Assembly: GCA_965202665.1 (NCBI GenBank)
Contig: OZ241841.1
Span: forward strand, 2,432,001-2,496,000
Origin: Candidatus Spongiisociaceae bacterium
GTDB taxonomy: Bacteria > Actinomycetota > Acidimicrobiia > Spongiisociales > Spongiisociaceae
DNA: 64,000 nt
Direction: 5' to 3'
Both the position numbers and the translations under genes were made by a program. The notes beneath the pieces were generated by a model. That model was not told the DNA's origin and made no database searches. It saw only the letters and a list, made by a program, of their open reading frames with translations. This document shows, piece after piece, positions 7,499-18,253 of this stretch (its first letter is position 1; each line of letters opens with the position of its first letter).

Positions 7499-10312
7499 TC
7501 AGGCGTGGGCGTCTATCAGACGGGGGAGGGAATCATCGGGGGTCATCACTTCGAAAGCCCAACGGCCGAAGCCGCCGTGGGCGTTCACCGCTTCTATCCA
7601 ATCCCGCATGTACGCCCATTTGGAGTCGTCCAACTCTTTCGGTTCGCCTTTCACTTCCAACACCAGGGTGGTTCCGTTTGTCAGCCGGATCAGAAAATCG
7701 GGTAGGTAGCGGCGCACCACCCCCCGGTGCGCATAGGACACCTCAAACCCCAGATGGTCGTTTTTGACCCACGCCTCCACCGCCGGATTCCCGTCCAATT
7801 CGGGGGGTACCACCGGTTCGAAAGTCCCGTCGTAAACGCAGAAGTTGATGTGGCTGCGCCGGGCGGGCCCCACCGCTTTCCCGGTGTACCACACCCTCAT
7901 ATCCCCGGTGGAGCGGATGGGCTTTTCCGGGTCGAACACCGGCGTCAAACTTTCCGTGTTGGAAGACTCGATCGCCTCCCAGAAATGTTGCACGATGCGG
8001 GTCATGTTCATCCCGATCAGTATCCGCCGCCGCAACGGATTCTGGTTCCACAGCCCGTTGATGACGATCCGGTCCGACTCCAGAAACTTTAAGGTGAGGG
8101 CCACCAGCCGGGCGCACAAAGTTGCCCGGGCGCCCGGCCAGTCGGGGGCCATCTGGTCGAAGATTTCCGCCGCCGACCCGAAGGCCAGCTCCTGCAAGCG
8201 CCGCTCGCCCCAGAACTTTTCCAAGTCGATGCGCACATCCGCTTCGTCCGTTTTCCCTTCCACGGTTACCGCCAAATCAGCCATAGTGGGCGTGTTGCGC
8301 GGGTCCAGTTCCAGCGGTTTCACCTTCTCCCAGTCCAAAGAAAGGCCGGTGCGGTACGCCCGTTCCACCCGTATCACCACCGGGAATTTGATTTCAAACC
8401 GGGCTTTTTCCGGCAAAGGGCCGATAGGGGTTTTCGGCTTCGGCGGCTTCGGCGGCCCGCTCTGCGACTCGTGGGGCAGAAACGTGAACGGCACCCCGAA
8501 AATATTCACGTATTCCGGTTCGAAAAACCCGTGTTCGTTCACTTCGTAGGAGGTGCGGCGCAACCCCCGGCCCACCACCTGTTCGCACAACAACTGGCTG
8601 GTAAAAGCCCGCAACCCCATAATGTGGGTGACGGTTTTGGCGTCCCACCCTTCCGACAGCATGGCCACCGAAATCACATGCCGTATCCGCTCGCCCGGAT
8701 GCCCCTGCCGCCCGATGGTGTCCACCTGCCGCCGCAAGAGTTCGGCCCGTTGCTTTGCGTTCAGTTCCCCCGGCCCGTCTTCCGCCTCTTCCGCGCCCAG
8801 TTCGGCGACCGGGGTTTCGCTTTCTTCCGCCTTTTTGAGAGTGTTGGAGTCGATATGCAAAGTCAGTTGCGGGTCGCATAGTTCCGGAACCGGTATCCGC
8901 CCCCGGTCGAAGGCGTGTTTGACGCGGGCCGCCGTTTCAGTGCGGTTGGCGACGGTGATCATCACCGGCGGCGTCGGATGCTTCAACTCCTCCCAGGCGC
9001 GCCGGGCGGCCGCCCAGTCGGATCCGAGCAGGGTGTAGCCCGCCACCACCAGGTCGGGCAGCGGAGCTTCCGCTTTCGCCCGCCGGTTCAGGTCGGCTTT
9101 CACATCCTCATCGTTGTAAATGTGATACAGCCGGGATTTGAAAGTTTCCGGATCGTATTGCGTGTCGTCCCGCACTACCACCCGCGGCGTTTTCACCAAC
9201 CCCGATTCGATGGCGTCGTTCAGGCTGAAGTCGCTGACAATCCACCCGAACAGGGCTTCTTCGCTGGCTTTCTTACCGGAGGGGACGAAAGGGGTGGCGG
9301 TGAAGTCGTAACAGCGCAGGATGCCCCGCGCCCGATGCAGGCGGTCCAGCGCCTCCACCCATTTGGTGGCTTCCTCCAGGTCTTTTTTGAAAAACTCGTT
9401 TGCTAAGCGGCCGGGGGGTATGCGCCAGGCGTGATGGGCTTCGTCGTTGATGACCAGCAGATTGCGGGAGCGGGACATTTCGTCCCCCAGCGCTTCCCGC
9501 ACCCAAGCCTCATCGCTTTTCGCCCCCCGTTTGTCCACCGACCGCCTCCTTTTAATCTGCTCTTCGGTCTGCCAGCCCAAAGCGTGCCAGTTGCGCACCC
9601 GCACCCGCCCCTGCCGCAGGCGGTCCCGCAGGTTGGAGGGAACCAGGTCGAACTCGTCGAAGTAGTTGTCCGCATTTTGGGGGTCGATAACCGACAGTCG
9701 GCTGCGCACCGTCAGTCCGGGGGCCACCACCAGCACGTTGCGTGAGAAGCGGGGGTCGTTGGGATGGGTCACCTTGTTGAGAATCTGCCAGGCGATGACC
9801 ATCCCCATCACCACCGTTTTTCCGGCACCGGTGGCCATTTTGCAACATTCCCGAACGAACCCGCCCCCGTCGCCGGGAACATCGATTCCGGTGCGCTCCG
9901 AGTGGGGGGCTTCTATCAGCCACATCAGGGTTTCGATGGCTTCCAACTGGCAGAAGAACAGGCGCTTGTCATCGACTCCCCGGTTGCGCCAATGTTCCAA
10001 CAGGCGCCGGGTGACGCCGGTGGCCCCCGGATAGCCGGCCCGCCGCCAAGCAGCCACCCGCGGGCGGATGCGGTTGACCAGTTCTATCGGATGGAAGACG
10101 CCCGGGTCGTCGAAGGCCTGGGAGTCGGGGGTGGCCACCAAATATCCGGCTTCGCGGCGCCCTTCCACGTATTCGAATTCCCGCCCCGCCCGGTTGTAGC
10201 GCCAGTGGCTGGAAGGTTCGTTGTAAGGGGAGTTGACGATTAACCGGTCGATGCCGCCGGTGTGGGACAGGCCCCGTTGCGCCCCCTCGGTCGGCGGGCC
10301 TTTTTTGGCCAT
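7499..10312 (-). CDS. res: Type III restriction endonuclease subunit (Res)
   Basis: MATGAGKT Walker A, NDEAHH, FTATP, LSEGWD, EQVVGRGLRR helicase motifs; C-terminal YLPDFLIR...LEVKG nuclease motif; directly downstream of mod. Confidence 0.9.
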   Translation of the reverse strand: MAKKGPPTEGAQRGLSHTGGIDRLIVNSPYNEPSSHWRYNRAGREFEYVEGRREAGYLVATPDSQAFDDPGVFHPIELVNRIRPRVAAWRRAGYPGATGVTRRLLEHWRNRGVDDKRLFFCQLEAIETLMWLIEAPHSERTGIDVPGDGGGFVRECCKMATGAGKTVVMGMVIAWQILNKVTHPNDPRFSRNVLVVAPGLTVRSRLSVIDPQNADNYFDEFDLVPSNLRDRLRQGRVRVRNWHALGWQTEEQIKRRRSVDKRGAKSDEAWVREALGDEMSRSRNLLVINDEAHHAWRIPPGRLANEFFKKDLEEATKWVEALDRLHRARGILRCYDFTATPFVPSGKKASEEALFGWIVSDFSLNDAIESGLVKTPRVVVRDDTQYDPETFKSRLYHIYNDEDVKADLNRRAKAEAPLPDLVVAGYTLLGSDWAAARRAWEELKHPTPPVMITVANRTETAARVKHAFDRGRIPVPELCDPQLTLHIDSNTLKKAEESETPVAELGAEEAEDGPGELNAKQRAELLRRQVDTIGRQGHPGERIRHVISVAMLSEGWDAKTVTHIMGLRAFTSQLLCEQVVGRGLRRTSYEVNEHGFFEPEYVNIFGVPFTFLPHESQSGPPKPPKPKTPIGPLPEKARFEIKFPVVIRVERAYRTGLSLDWEKVKPLELDPRNTPTMADLAVTVEGKTDEADVRIDLEKFWGERRLQELAFGSAAEIFDQMAPDWPGARATLCARLVALTLKFLESDRIVINGLWNQNPLRRRILIGMNMTRIVQHFWEAIESSNTESLTPVFDPEKPIRSTGDMRVWYTGKAVGPARRSHINFCVYDGTFEPVVPPELDGNPAVEAWVKNDHLGFEVSYAHRGVVRRYLPDFLIRLTNGTTLVLEVKGEPKELDDSKWAYMRDWIEAVNAHGGFGRWAFEVMTPDDSLPRLIDAHA

Positions 10313-12890
10313 CAGCCGGCTCGGTCGTCCAAACTGAGCAAACGCAGGCTTTCCACCCCCCGGTCGTCCACCACTTTCACCGCGACCCGCCGATGTTCGC
10401 CCGCCGGAAACGGCAACGAAACCGTGCCCCGGTAGGCCTCAATGCGGGACTGGTCTATTTGCGCCCGCAAGGTTTTAGCCAGCCTGTTCCACCCCCCGTT
10501 TTTCTTAGTTCCGTCCAGAGGGAAAAACACTTGGCGGGGAAATAGGCTGCGCCCGTCGTAGTCGGGATCCAGCATCCACACCGCGATCTTGTCCGCCCCC
10601 CCGGAGGTAACCTGCCCGGTGCGGGTATCGAAGTAGTCAAACCCCAGCACTTCCACCAGAAACTGCCCGTCGTCGGTGCGTTCCAGATGCACATCAGGCT
10701 GGCCGACCAACCAAAAACTCTCGTTGCCCGAACGGGCCTTCTTCAGGTCTGAGGTGAGCAGGTCGGCGTTCATCTGCGCCCGCAGCAAGGTAACGCCCGG
10801 CCAGTTGGTTTCCTCAATGTCTTTGGCCGCTTCCGGGTCAAACATGAAAGCGGCGAAAACCAACAGTTCCGGTTTGTGCGCCAAGGTGCGGGCATCTTCG
10901 ATAGCCCGTTCCACCTGCCGAGTTTCCAGGGGAGAATGCTCCGGCCCAAACGAAACCGCCAACCGAGACCCGTCATCGGTTTCACCTTCGGCATGCAAGG
11001 CGGGAAGAGGCAAAGGTTCCAGCCGGATCAGTTCGATACGATTCCCACCCGTTCCCCGCAACCCGGTCTTCAGCAGTTCATCCCGCCATTCAACCTGCCG
11101 TACGGATTCTCTACTTCGCGAAACTGATGCATCAGATGGGGGGGGGGGGTAGCGATTCCAGCGGATCTGCCAATGGCAGTACAGCAGGAGCAGGAACCGC
11201 CTCCATCGTGAAAGGACCGGTAACCCTTGTTTTACCGGTGTCTTTCAAAGGTTGGTCATATAGGGTTGTAACTTGAGGTGGTTCATCATAGGCTAGAATT
11301 CTCGCCGAAACTTTAGGCACCGTTTTGTAGACGAACCCACTCCCTACCCCCTCATCTGGTTGAGCTAACTTATAGTAATCAAAAACGGATGTCATAAGTC
11401 GCTGGCGAGCCAGAGTGAGTGCCACTCGGCTAGTGTCGCAAGTAATCCAACGCCGTCCCCATTGTTCCGCTACTACCGCAACAGTGCCACTCCCACAAGT
11501 GGGGTCTAACACTAAATCACCAGGGTCTGTAGTCATTAATATGCACCGTGTTATTACACTACGGGCTGTCTCTACTATATATTGTTTATTGTGAGCTGCC
11601 ATAGGGGTGTTCCAGAAATTATTGATTCTCCGTCCTGGTACTTCGTCCTCATAATACTTATACCTAAGGTTATCTGAGGTGTCTAAAGAATGGAGTCGTC
11701 CTAATTCTGCTAAGTGATCTAGGCCTTTTTTAGATACACTCCACTGGCTATTGGATCGACAATGGTACATCTTACCGTTCCATTCATAGGGTTCGGAACG
11801 GCCAGTTGTTGACCAGCCTTGAGAAGTTAAACTTACGCGTTGAAAAATTCTTGCATCTTTAGGTAAAATATCAGGATCAAACCTCTCCTCGTTAGTTAAT
11901 TTACGAATTGCACCATCTGCTAACTCAAGAAAGACATAAGAGCTAAAAAACTCAATTATTTCCTTTCGATTAATAAGTTGTTCAAATAGATGATGATATT
12001 TTACTAAAGATCTATCTTTCGTATACCACAGTAGATAGTTTGCTACATCTGGTAAAGTATTGCCAGAGCTCCCTCCTGAAGTTGCATAGCTTATAATAGT
12101 AACGCGGTTTTCAGCTCCAAATATTTCATCCATCAGTAATCCAACTCGTAATATATTTTCATCGCCTATTTGTACGAAACAACTGCCTGATGGAGTGAGT
12201 AGTTCGCGGGAGAGCAATAATCTATCTCGCAAATAAGACAGATAGGAGTGGATTCCCATTTCCCAAGTATCTCGGAAAGCTTTAATCATTTCCGGTTCGG
12301 TAGTTAGGTGTTCCCCCTTGCCATCTTTTACTTGGTTCTGATTGACGAAGGGCTGGAAGTTGGAGCCGTATTTGATGCCGTAGGGGGGGTCGATGTAGAT
12401 CATCTGGACTTGACCGCCCAAGGATTCTTTTTCCAGGAGACTGTTCATCACCAGCAGGCTGTCTCCCGCAACGAGGCGGTTGCTCCAGTTGTGGGGGTGC
12501 CGGTAGAACTCGATGGCTTTGCGCAGGGGAGGATTTTCCTCCTCTGTCTCAAACAGGGACTCCTGCCCCTCCGGGTGTCCGTTGCGCTTGCGCACCGCCT
12601 CCATGATGGTGCGGGGATCGATCCGCTCGTGGACATGCAGGGAGACGGTAGGGACGGCGAACGATGCCCCCTCCGCCTTGCCCGCCCAGTTCAGTCGGGG
12701 GTCGATATGCGGGTCATGATCCGCCGGGTGGTTATAGGGGGGGGGGGGGTGGCTTCGGGTGCTCGTAGGTTTGGGCGGGCAGGTCGGGATCGCCCTCCGC
12801 CGTCACCAAGCCCGCGGGCGGGTTGTTGGTGCGCTCCTTGTCGGAATGCGTATAGCTCTTGATGGGCTTGGTCGTCTTGGGCTTGGCCAT
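10312..12890 (-). CDS. mod: Type III RM DNA methyltransferase (Mod), split into three frames by two poly-C tracts (phase-variable, or homopolymer sequencing errors)
   Basis: Pieces: MAKPKTTK...HPKP (12890-12750); YNH...DPRLNWAGKAE...VSLHVHERIDP...IYIDPPYG...DPTCGSGT (to about 11150); SDASVSRS...VKVVDDRGVESL (to 10312). Removing one base from each tract gives a single ORF. Confidence 0.88.
11138..11149 (+). repeat. G12 homopolymer inside mod (C12 on the coding strand)
   Basis: Counted directly; 11 or 14 bases would be in frame. Confidence 0.9.
12737..12749 (+). repeat. G13 homopolymer inside mod (C13 on the coding strand)
   Basis: Counted directly; 12 or 15 bases would be in frame. Confidence 0.9.
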
Positions 12891-13010
12891 AGGTTGCAAA
12901 CAGTACACCTGAAAGCCTGCTCTCGTAGCCAATTTGACAGATTTCTTTAAATATCGTAGAATATGGGAATAATCTACTCAACCAAGTAGTTATACTCTAC
13001 ACAAATAAAA

Positions 13011-14315
13011 ATGTCACACCCCCCTCCTAAGGTAAACACCATGCAACACCACAACCACAAACCAACCGATACGCTGGAACGGGACTGCCAGCGGGCACTG
13101 GCCTCGCTGGACGCCCTGGGCGGGCGCCTGCGTAACGGGCCCGGCCAGGCGGAGTTGGACCGGTTGGCGGATACGTTGCGGCGGGCGGAGGCCAAGGTCG
13201 CTTCCCTGAAATGCGACCTGGCCGCCCAGGTGACCCGGATGTCGGGGGAGGCCGCTACTCGGGACGCGTTGCGGGATCAGTTGGGGATGACCAACCATCA
13301 GGCCAAGCACTTGACGCGGGTGGCGGACACTTTGCGGGAGATGCCCAACACCCGGGCCAAACTGCAGGCGGGGGAGATCACTTTGGAAAACGCTACGGCC
13401 CTGACCGCGGCGGCGGGGGAGGTGGGAGCTGCGCAGGTGGATAAGAACCGGGGTTTGCTGGAAGACGCCGCGCAAGCTAATCCGGATCATTTCCGCAAAC
13501 AGGCTAAGCAGTGGGCCAACGCCCGTTCCGCTGACCGGGGTGAGAAACTGTTGGAGCGGCAGCGGCGGATGCGGCATGTGAAGCTGTTCACCGAACCCGG
13601 CACCGGCATGGGCATTTTGCATGCCGAGTTGGACCCCATCCGCTTCGGACAGATACGGCAAGCCCTGGACCTCCACGCCGAAAAGCTACGGCGGGCCGAC
13701 TCCGGCGGGGACATCCACCCCGATGATATTCGCACCCATATGCAACGACGGGCTGACGCCCTAGTGGAACTGTTGACCGGCCGCGACGCCGACACCCTGC
13801 ATCCTCTTTCCGACAACAAGTCGGGTAATGTTACTCAGTTGGTGGTGGTAGCCGACTTGGGCCTGTTGGACGGAACCCGCCCCGACGGCGACTGCGAAAT
13901 CCTGGGAACCGGACCAGTACCGCCGTCCGTTCTGGAAACCCTCACCCCCGACACCAACATATGCGGAATCATCTTCGGAGGCAAAGGCCGGACGCTGTGG
14001 CTGGGACGCAACAAAAGACTGGGCAACGACGCGCAACGGCTGGCGGCCGCGGTACGGGATCGGGGATGCGTCCGCTGCGACCTTCCCACCCACTCCAACC
14101 AGCTACACCATATAAAGGACTGGTACGACGGGGGACCCACCGACATCGACAACCTGGCCTCGCTCTGCGGAACCCACCACCGGGAACTCCAAAAACACAA
14201 CCTAAAATTGGAAAAAATTGGAAAAAACTGGCAAACCCGCCCCCGAACCGGGCCGCCTCTCCCTCCGCCGCCTCGGTCAACCCGGCCGCCCACCCGAGCC
14301 GGCCCCAGCCCATAG
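13011..14315 (+). CDS. DUF222 / HNH endonuclease (13E12-repeat-like)
   Basis: C-terminal RDRGCVRC...QLHHIKDWYDGGPTDIDNLASLCGTHH; DUF222-like RTHMQRRADALVELL. Confidence 0.85.
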   Translation: MSHPPPKVNTMQHHNHKPTDTLERDCQRALASLDALGGRLRNGPGQAELDRLADTLRRAEAKVASLKCDLAAQVTRMSGEAATRDALRDQLGMTNHQAKHLTRVADTLREMPNTRAKLQAGEITLENATALTAAAGEVGAAQVDKNRGLLEDAAQANPDHFRKQAKQWANARSADRGEKLLERQRRMRHVKLFTEPGTGMGILHAELDPIRFGQIRQALDLHAEKLRRADSGGDIHPDDIRTHMQRRADALVELLTGRDADTLHPLSDNKSGNVTQLVVVADLGLLDGTRPDGDCEILGTGPVPPSVLETLTPDTNICGIIFGGKGRTLWLGRNKRLGNDAQRLAAAVRDRGCVRCDLPTHSNQLHHIKDWYDGGPTDIDNLASLCGTHHRELQKHNLKLEKIGKNWQTRPRTGPPLPPPPRSTRPPTRAGPSP

Positions 14316-14950
14316 CGGGCGCCATTCCCAACTGGGGGGCAGGCGTAGCGCGCTGGCAATTGGCTTCGGAAGTTTTTGGACATCATCGGGAGTTGCAGGA
14401 ACACAACCTGGATTTGGTTCGAGTCGGTATCGGTAACAGATAGCAAAACCCGCCCGCATATAATGGGTGCCATGCTGACCATATTGACCGCAGCCGAACA
14501 TAACCGCATTGAGGAGGCTATCCGAAGCTGGCGCGCCGCCCCTTGCTGAAACTGCGGTATGACATCGGGCAAGCCCGACGAATACGTGACCGTCTCCAAC
14601 ATTTTGCACGACGCCACGGCCTCCCATCAGCGGCGGGCAATTCAAAAAAAACTGGCCCCGGAGTTGCGCCGCGTCCGATAGCGGGACGGCCATGTCGCTC
14701 ATTACAAACCCGGAACATACCCGGAACAGATTTGACGGGTGATCCCTCCGCCATTGGCCCCATGCTCGGCGTGGATGACCCCGACCCTTCCGCTCTCAGC
14801 GCGGAGCGCGGAACGCAACGGGCCGCGCCGCGTTCCCGGTTCGGTCCGCCCGATGGGGTAAATCAACCCCAAGAGGCCGCGGAGCAACCGGAATACGGGG
14901 GGGGGGGGGATAATTCCCGGTGGCCCCGCTGACCGGGCGAGCCAAACCCG

Positions 14951-15072
14951 GAACGCGAAAAATATCTCTAACGACCCCCTTGAATTTTCAACAAAAAACT
15001 CGTATGTTATGGGCGGGAGGGCGGGGGGCGGGTGGGCCCCCCGAATTTTAAAAATTTTTGAGAACGCGAAAA
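14951..15072 (+). repeat. Dispersed repeat copy A (promoter-like core)
   Basis: GAACGCGAAA...TCTCTAACG...TTGAAT-N17-TATGTT-ATGGGCGGGAGGGCGGGGGGCGGGTGGG...GAGAACGCGAAA, nearly identical to copies B and C. Confidence 0.9.
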
Positions 15073-15168
15073 GTTTTCTTATTCGGCGGGGCGTGCATCA
15101 CCAAAATTTGGGCAAGGGAGGTGCGGTTCGGGCGCTGGCCGCCTCCTCATTCTACGCGGGAAAATCCA

Positions 15169-16147
15169 ACTGAAGGCCTCCTGGTGTTATGGGGAGTGAA
15201 TGAACCCTATAGCACGGGAGGAGGTCTTCGGGATGCATGGTAACGCGAGGTCATCGCCTTTGGGACGTTTGGGGATGGTGTTGCGGGTGCTAGAAGAAGG
15301 AGAGCCGGTGGCGCGGGTGGCTCGGCGGGGTGGGCATGTCTCGGCAGTGCGTGTCCAAGTGGGTGCGTCGCTACCGGGAGGAAGGCCGAGCCGGTTTGGA
15401 GGACCGGTCGTCGCGGCCGCGTTGTTCCCCCATGCGCACCAGCCCGGCGGTGGAAGAACAGGTGTTGCGGGCGGGGCCGGGCCGGTTGTCGGTGTTTACG
15501 GGGTGCCGGAGCGGACGATCAGCCGTATCCTGCGCCGTCATGGGATGTTGCGTCTGTGGGAATGCGACCTGTTGATCGGCGAGCCACTCAAACCCCCTCC
15601 CAGGCCGGTGGTGCGGCATGAACGGGGCAGGCCGGGGGAGTTGTTCCATACCTCCCGGCGGGGGATGGAGGATACATGGCCGGGGAAACGCTCCGGGGGG
15701 ATGGACCTTTGTGCACTCTGTCGTGGACGACTGCACCCGCCTCGCCTACTCCGAACCGTTGCCGTACGAGGAAGGAACCACCGTCGCCGCGTTCACCGAC
15801 CGCGCCTTGCACACCTTCCGCCAACTGGGCATCACCGACATCACCGACATCACCGACATTGTGGAGATCATGACCGACAACCATTGGAGATACACCCGCA
15901 GCCGCCTATTCGCCGTCCTGCTCGCTCAGCACGACATCCGTCATATCACGATCAAAACCCTATATACCCAGCAGAACGGCAAAGTGAACGATACAGCCAA
16001 ACCCTCAAACCAAAATGGGTCAACTCCCAACCCTGGCCGGATAACCAAACCCGAAACCAAGCCCTCAACCACTGGCTCCACTACAGCATCGGAGGCAAAA
16101 CCACCAATCTCCAGACCGTAACCAACCTACCGGCCATGTACATCTAA
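15169..16147 (+). mobile_element. IS481-family transposase remnant (frameshifted); left boundary approximate
   Basis: Fragments in different frames: MHGNAR..., SRQCVSKWVRRYREEGRAGLEDRSSRP, FVHSVVDDCTRLAYSE, IMTDN, QQNGKV, terminal VTNLPAMYI. Confidence 0.85.
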
Positions 16148-16243
16148 TCCGCGCCCGGGCCAGCCTGTAGACCCAAACGCCCCAGCGGGCACCGCCGAGC
16201 CCACGGCGCCAGCCTGTTCTCAAACATCCGCCTGCTTTGTCAG

Positions 16244-16454
16244 AACAACCGGCTCCTTCTCCGTTCCGCCGGCTTGCTCCCAGCGGGCGCTCTCCCCCCG
16301 GACGATCCGGGACTTCGTTCCCGATGTTGTTTCCAAAAACCTAGAACGCGAAAAAAATCTCTAACGCCCCCCTTGAATTTCCAACAAAAACCCCGTATGT
16401 TATGGGCGGGAGGGCGGGGGGCGGGTGGGTACCCCAAAAATTTTAAATTTTTTT
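16244..16454 (+). repeat. Dispersed repeat copy B (extended to about 210 bp; interrupted at its T-run by an ISL3 end)
   Basis: Begins AACAACCGGCTCCT.CTCCGTTCCGCCGGCTTGCTCCCAGCGGGCGC, matching 17414 onward, and contains the same core as copy A. Confidence 0.9.
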
Positions 16455-17410
16455 GGCTCCTCGGGTTTTTTTGGTGGGGGCGGGGGTTTAGTTGGTGTTG
16501 TGGGTTAGGTTAGTAAGATGCCTCGGTGGGCGTAGTTTTGGGGGTTGGAGGGGCTGTGGGCGGTGCGTTTGAGTTTTTGGAGGAGTTGTTGGCGGCTTCT
16601 ATGGGTCCGTTGATTCGTCGTCCGATGGTGTGTAGGAGTTAGGCGAGGATTTCGTTGGACCAGCGGAGGATGGCGGTAACGGGTTTTGCGGTATTGGGGA
16701 ATTAGGCCCGTTTGGCAGAGGTCGGTGAACCGGTCCAGGGCCCCGGTAGGAGATTTCCAAGTTGGGGGCCTGGAAGATTTGGTGTAGTTGTAGGGCTTGC
16801 CAGCCGGTTTCCAGAGCCGTTCCCGTTCGGAGGGGGTGAGACGGTCTTGGCGGGAGCGGTGCAGGCTGGGTTCCCAGGCCGAGGGACGGCCCTGGGATCG
16901 CGGCGGAGTTGGATCAGCGACGTTCCGAACCAGCGGATGACGTGGAAGCGGTCCGGCACGTGTTGCGCCCGGGGCAGGTACTGGTCGATGGCGGTCTTGT
17001 AAGGGGCGGCCCCTTCGGTTGCTACTACCTCCACGCCCCTTCTCCAGGCGGGGCCTTGATCCCGGAAGAACCTGGCCAACCGGGGAGCATACCCAACGTC
17101 TGGTTGGCCTCCCCGTCCGCTACCACCGTCACATACTTGTGGCCCCGGCGGAGGGAAGTCTCATCCACCAGCAACACTCGACACGCCCGTCCCCGCCACC
17201 GGGCCCCCTCCCGCTCCGCCGTCGCTTTTACCAAACCCATGATGACGCTCCAACTCACCCCCGCCCTGTCGGCTTCCCCTCAAACTCGGCATGCCCCTCC
17301 ACATGCGCGCCACCGCACCCCCCGCACTCAAACTGCCGCCGCCCCCAAATCAGCACCGTCTCCCGCTCCCGGGTCGGGAGATCCCGCACCCGCCGGCAAC
17401 CCCCTCTCCA
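16455..17410 (-). mobile_element. ISL3-family transposase remnant (degraded)
   Basis: Fragments RRVRDLP...GRRQFECGGCG, LLVDETSLRRGHKYVTVV, VVATEGAAPY...PDRFHVIRW; GGCTCCTCG terminal-repeat-like end at 16455. Confidence 0.85.
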
Positions 17411-17413
17411 GTT

Positions 17414-17637
17414 AACAACCGGCTCCTGCTCCGTTCCGCCGGCTTGCTCCCAGCGGGCGCCTTCCCCCCGGACGATCCGGGGCTTCGTTCCCGATGTTGT
17501 TTCCAAAAAACCGAGAACGCGAAAAATATCTCTAACGCCCCCCTTGAATTTTCAACAAAAAACCCGTATGTTATGGGCGGGAGGGCGGGGGGCGGGTGGG
17601 TACCCCCGAATTTTGAAAATTTTTTGAGAACGCGAAA
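17414..17637 (+). repeat. Dispersed repeat copy C (extended)
   Basis: Near-identical to copy B over about 210 bp and to copy A over the core. Confidence 0.9.
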
Positions 17638-17654
17638 TTTCCCCCCCGGTTCAG

Positions 17655-18128
17655 TCAGCCGATCCACCATTGGAGGAGCCAGGCGGCCGCCAACCCCCAC
17701 AGTCCGGCCACTGCGTCGTCGGCGGCTATGCCCCATCCTCCCGGCAGCCGTTCCGCGGCCGCCACTAGCGGGAAACGTTTGGTGATGTCGGCTGCCCGGA
17801 ACACTACGAAACCGCCCAGGGCCGGAACTAATCCCACCCCGATCACGGCGATGAACGCCCCGGCCGCTTCGTCGATCACCACCCACCCCGGGTCGTTCTC
17901 CCCGGCTTGGGCGGCCGCCGCCCCGCCCGCCCAGGCCGACAGTCCGGTCACCGCCGCCGCCGCCGCCGCCTGCGCCTCCCATCCCCACCATCCCAGCAAC
18001 AGGGCCGGCCCCAAGGCGAACAGCGCCCCCACCGTCCCCGACCCGGCGTCCGACCCCCGTATGCGGCGCAAGATCAGGCCGGTTCCGAACCAGGAGGCGA
18101 GGGCGGTGACGGCGGTTTTTCTGTTCAT
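17655..18128 (-). CDS. pgpA: Phosphatidylglycerophosphatase A
   Basis: SWFGTG, GSGTVG, DPGWVVIDEAAG, FRAADITK, GGWGIAADDAVAG motifs. Confidence 0.85.
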   Translation of the reverse strand: MNRKTAVTALASWFGTGLILRRIRGSDAGSGTVGALFALGPALLLGWWGWEAQAAAAAAVTGLSAWAGGAAAAQAGENDPGWVVIDEAAGAFIAVIGVGLVPALGGFVVFRAADITKRFPLVAAAERLPGGWGIAADDAVAGLWGLAAAWLLQWWIG

Positions 18129-18253
18129 TCCTCCCCGGCGGCGCCGCGGGTTAATCGGCCTTGGCAACGAGGGTAGCGGAGCGCGGCGGGCCTTTCCCGC
18201 TCCGGCGGGCCGTTTTGGCCGCGTACGTCTTTTACCGGTTATATTATGGGGCT

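Noticed and set aside
14460-14740. TATAAT followed by short broken ORFs
   Set aside because: Possibly a decayed gene, but no recognisable motif supports a call.
14897-14909. G13 tract
   Set aside because: Not in a credible gene and no convincing -35/-10 frame around it; it mainly underlines the homopolymer-error caveat.
15831-15859. 9-bp tandem repeat ATCACCGAC x3
   Set aside because: Slippage inside an IS481 pseudogene.
14951-17637. CRISPR array interpretation of the repeats here and at 39.4-43.1 kb
   Set aside because: Units are over 100 bp or protein-coding, spacing is irregular, and no cas genes are present.
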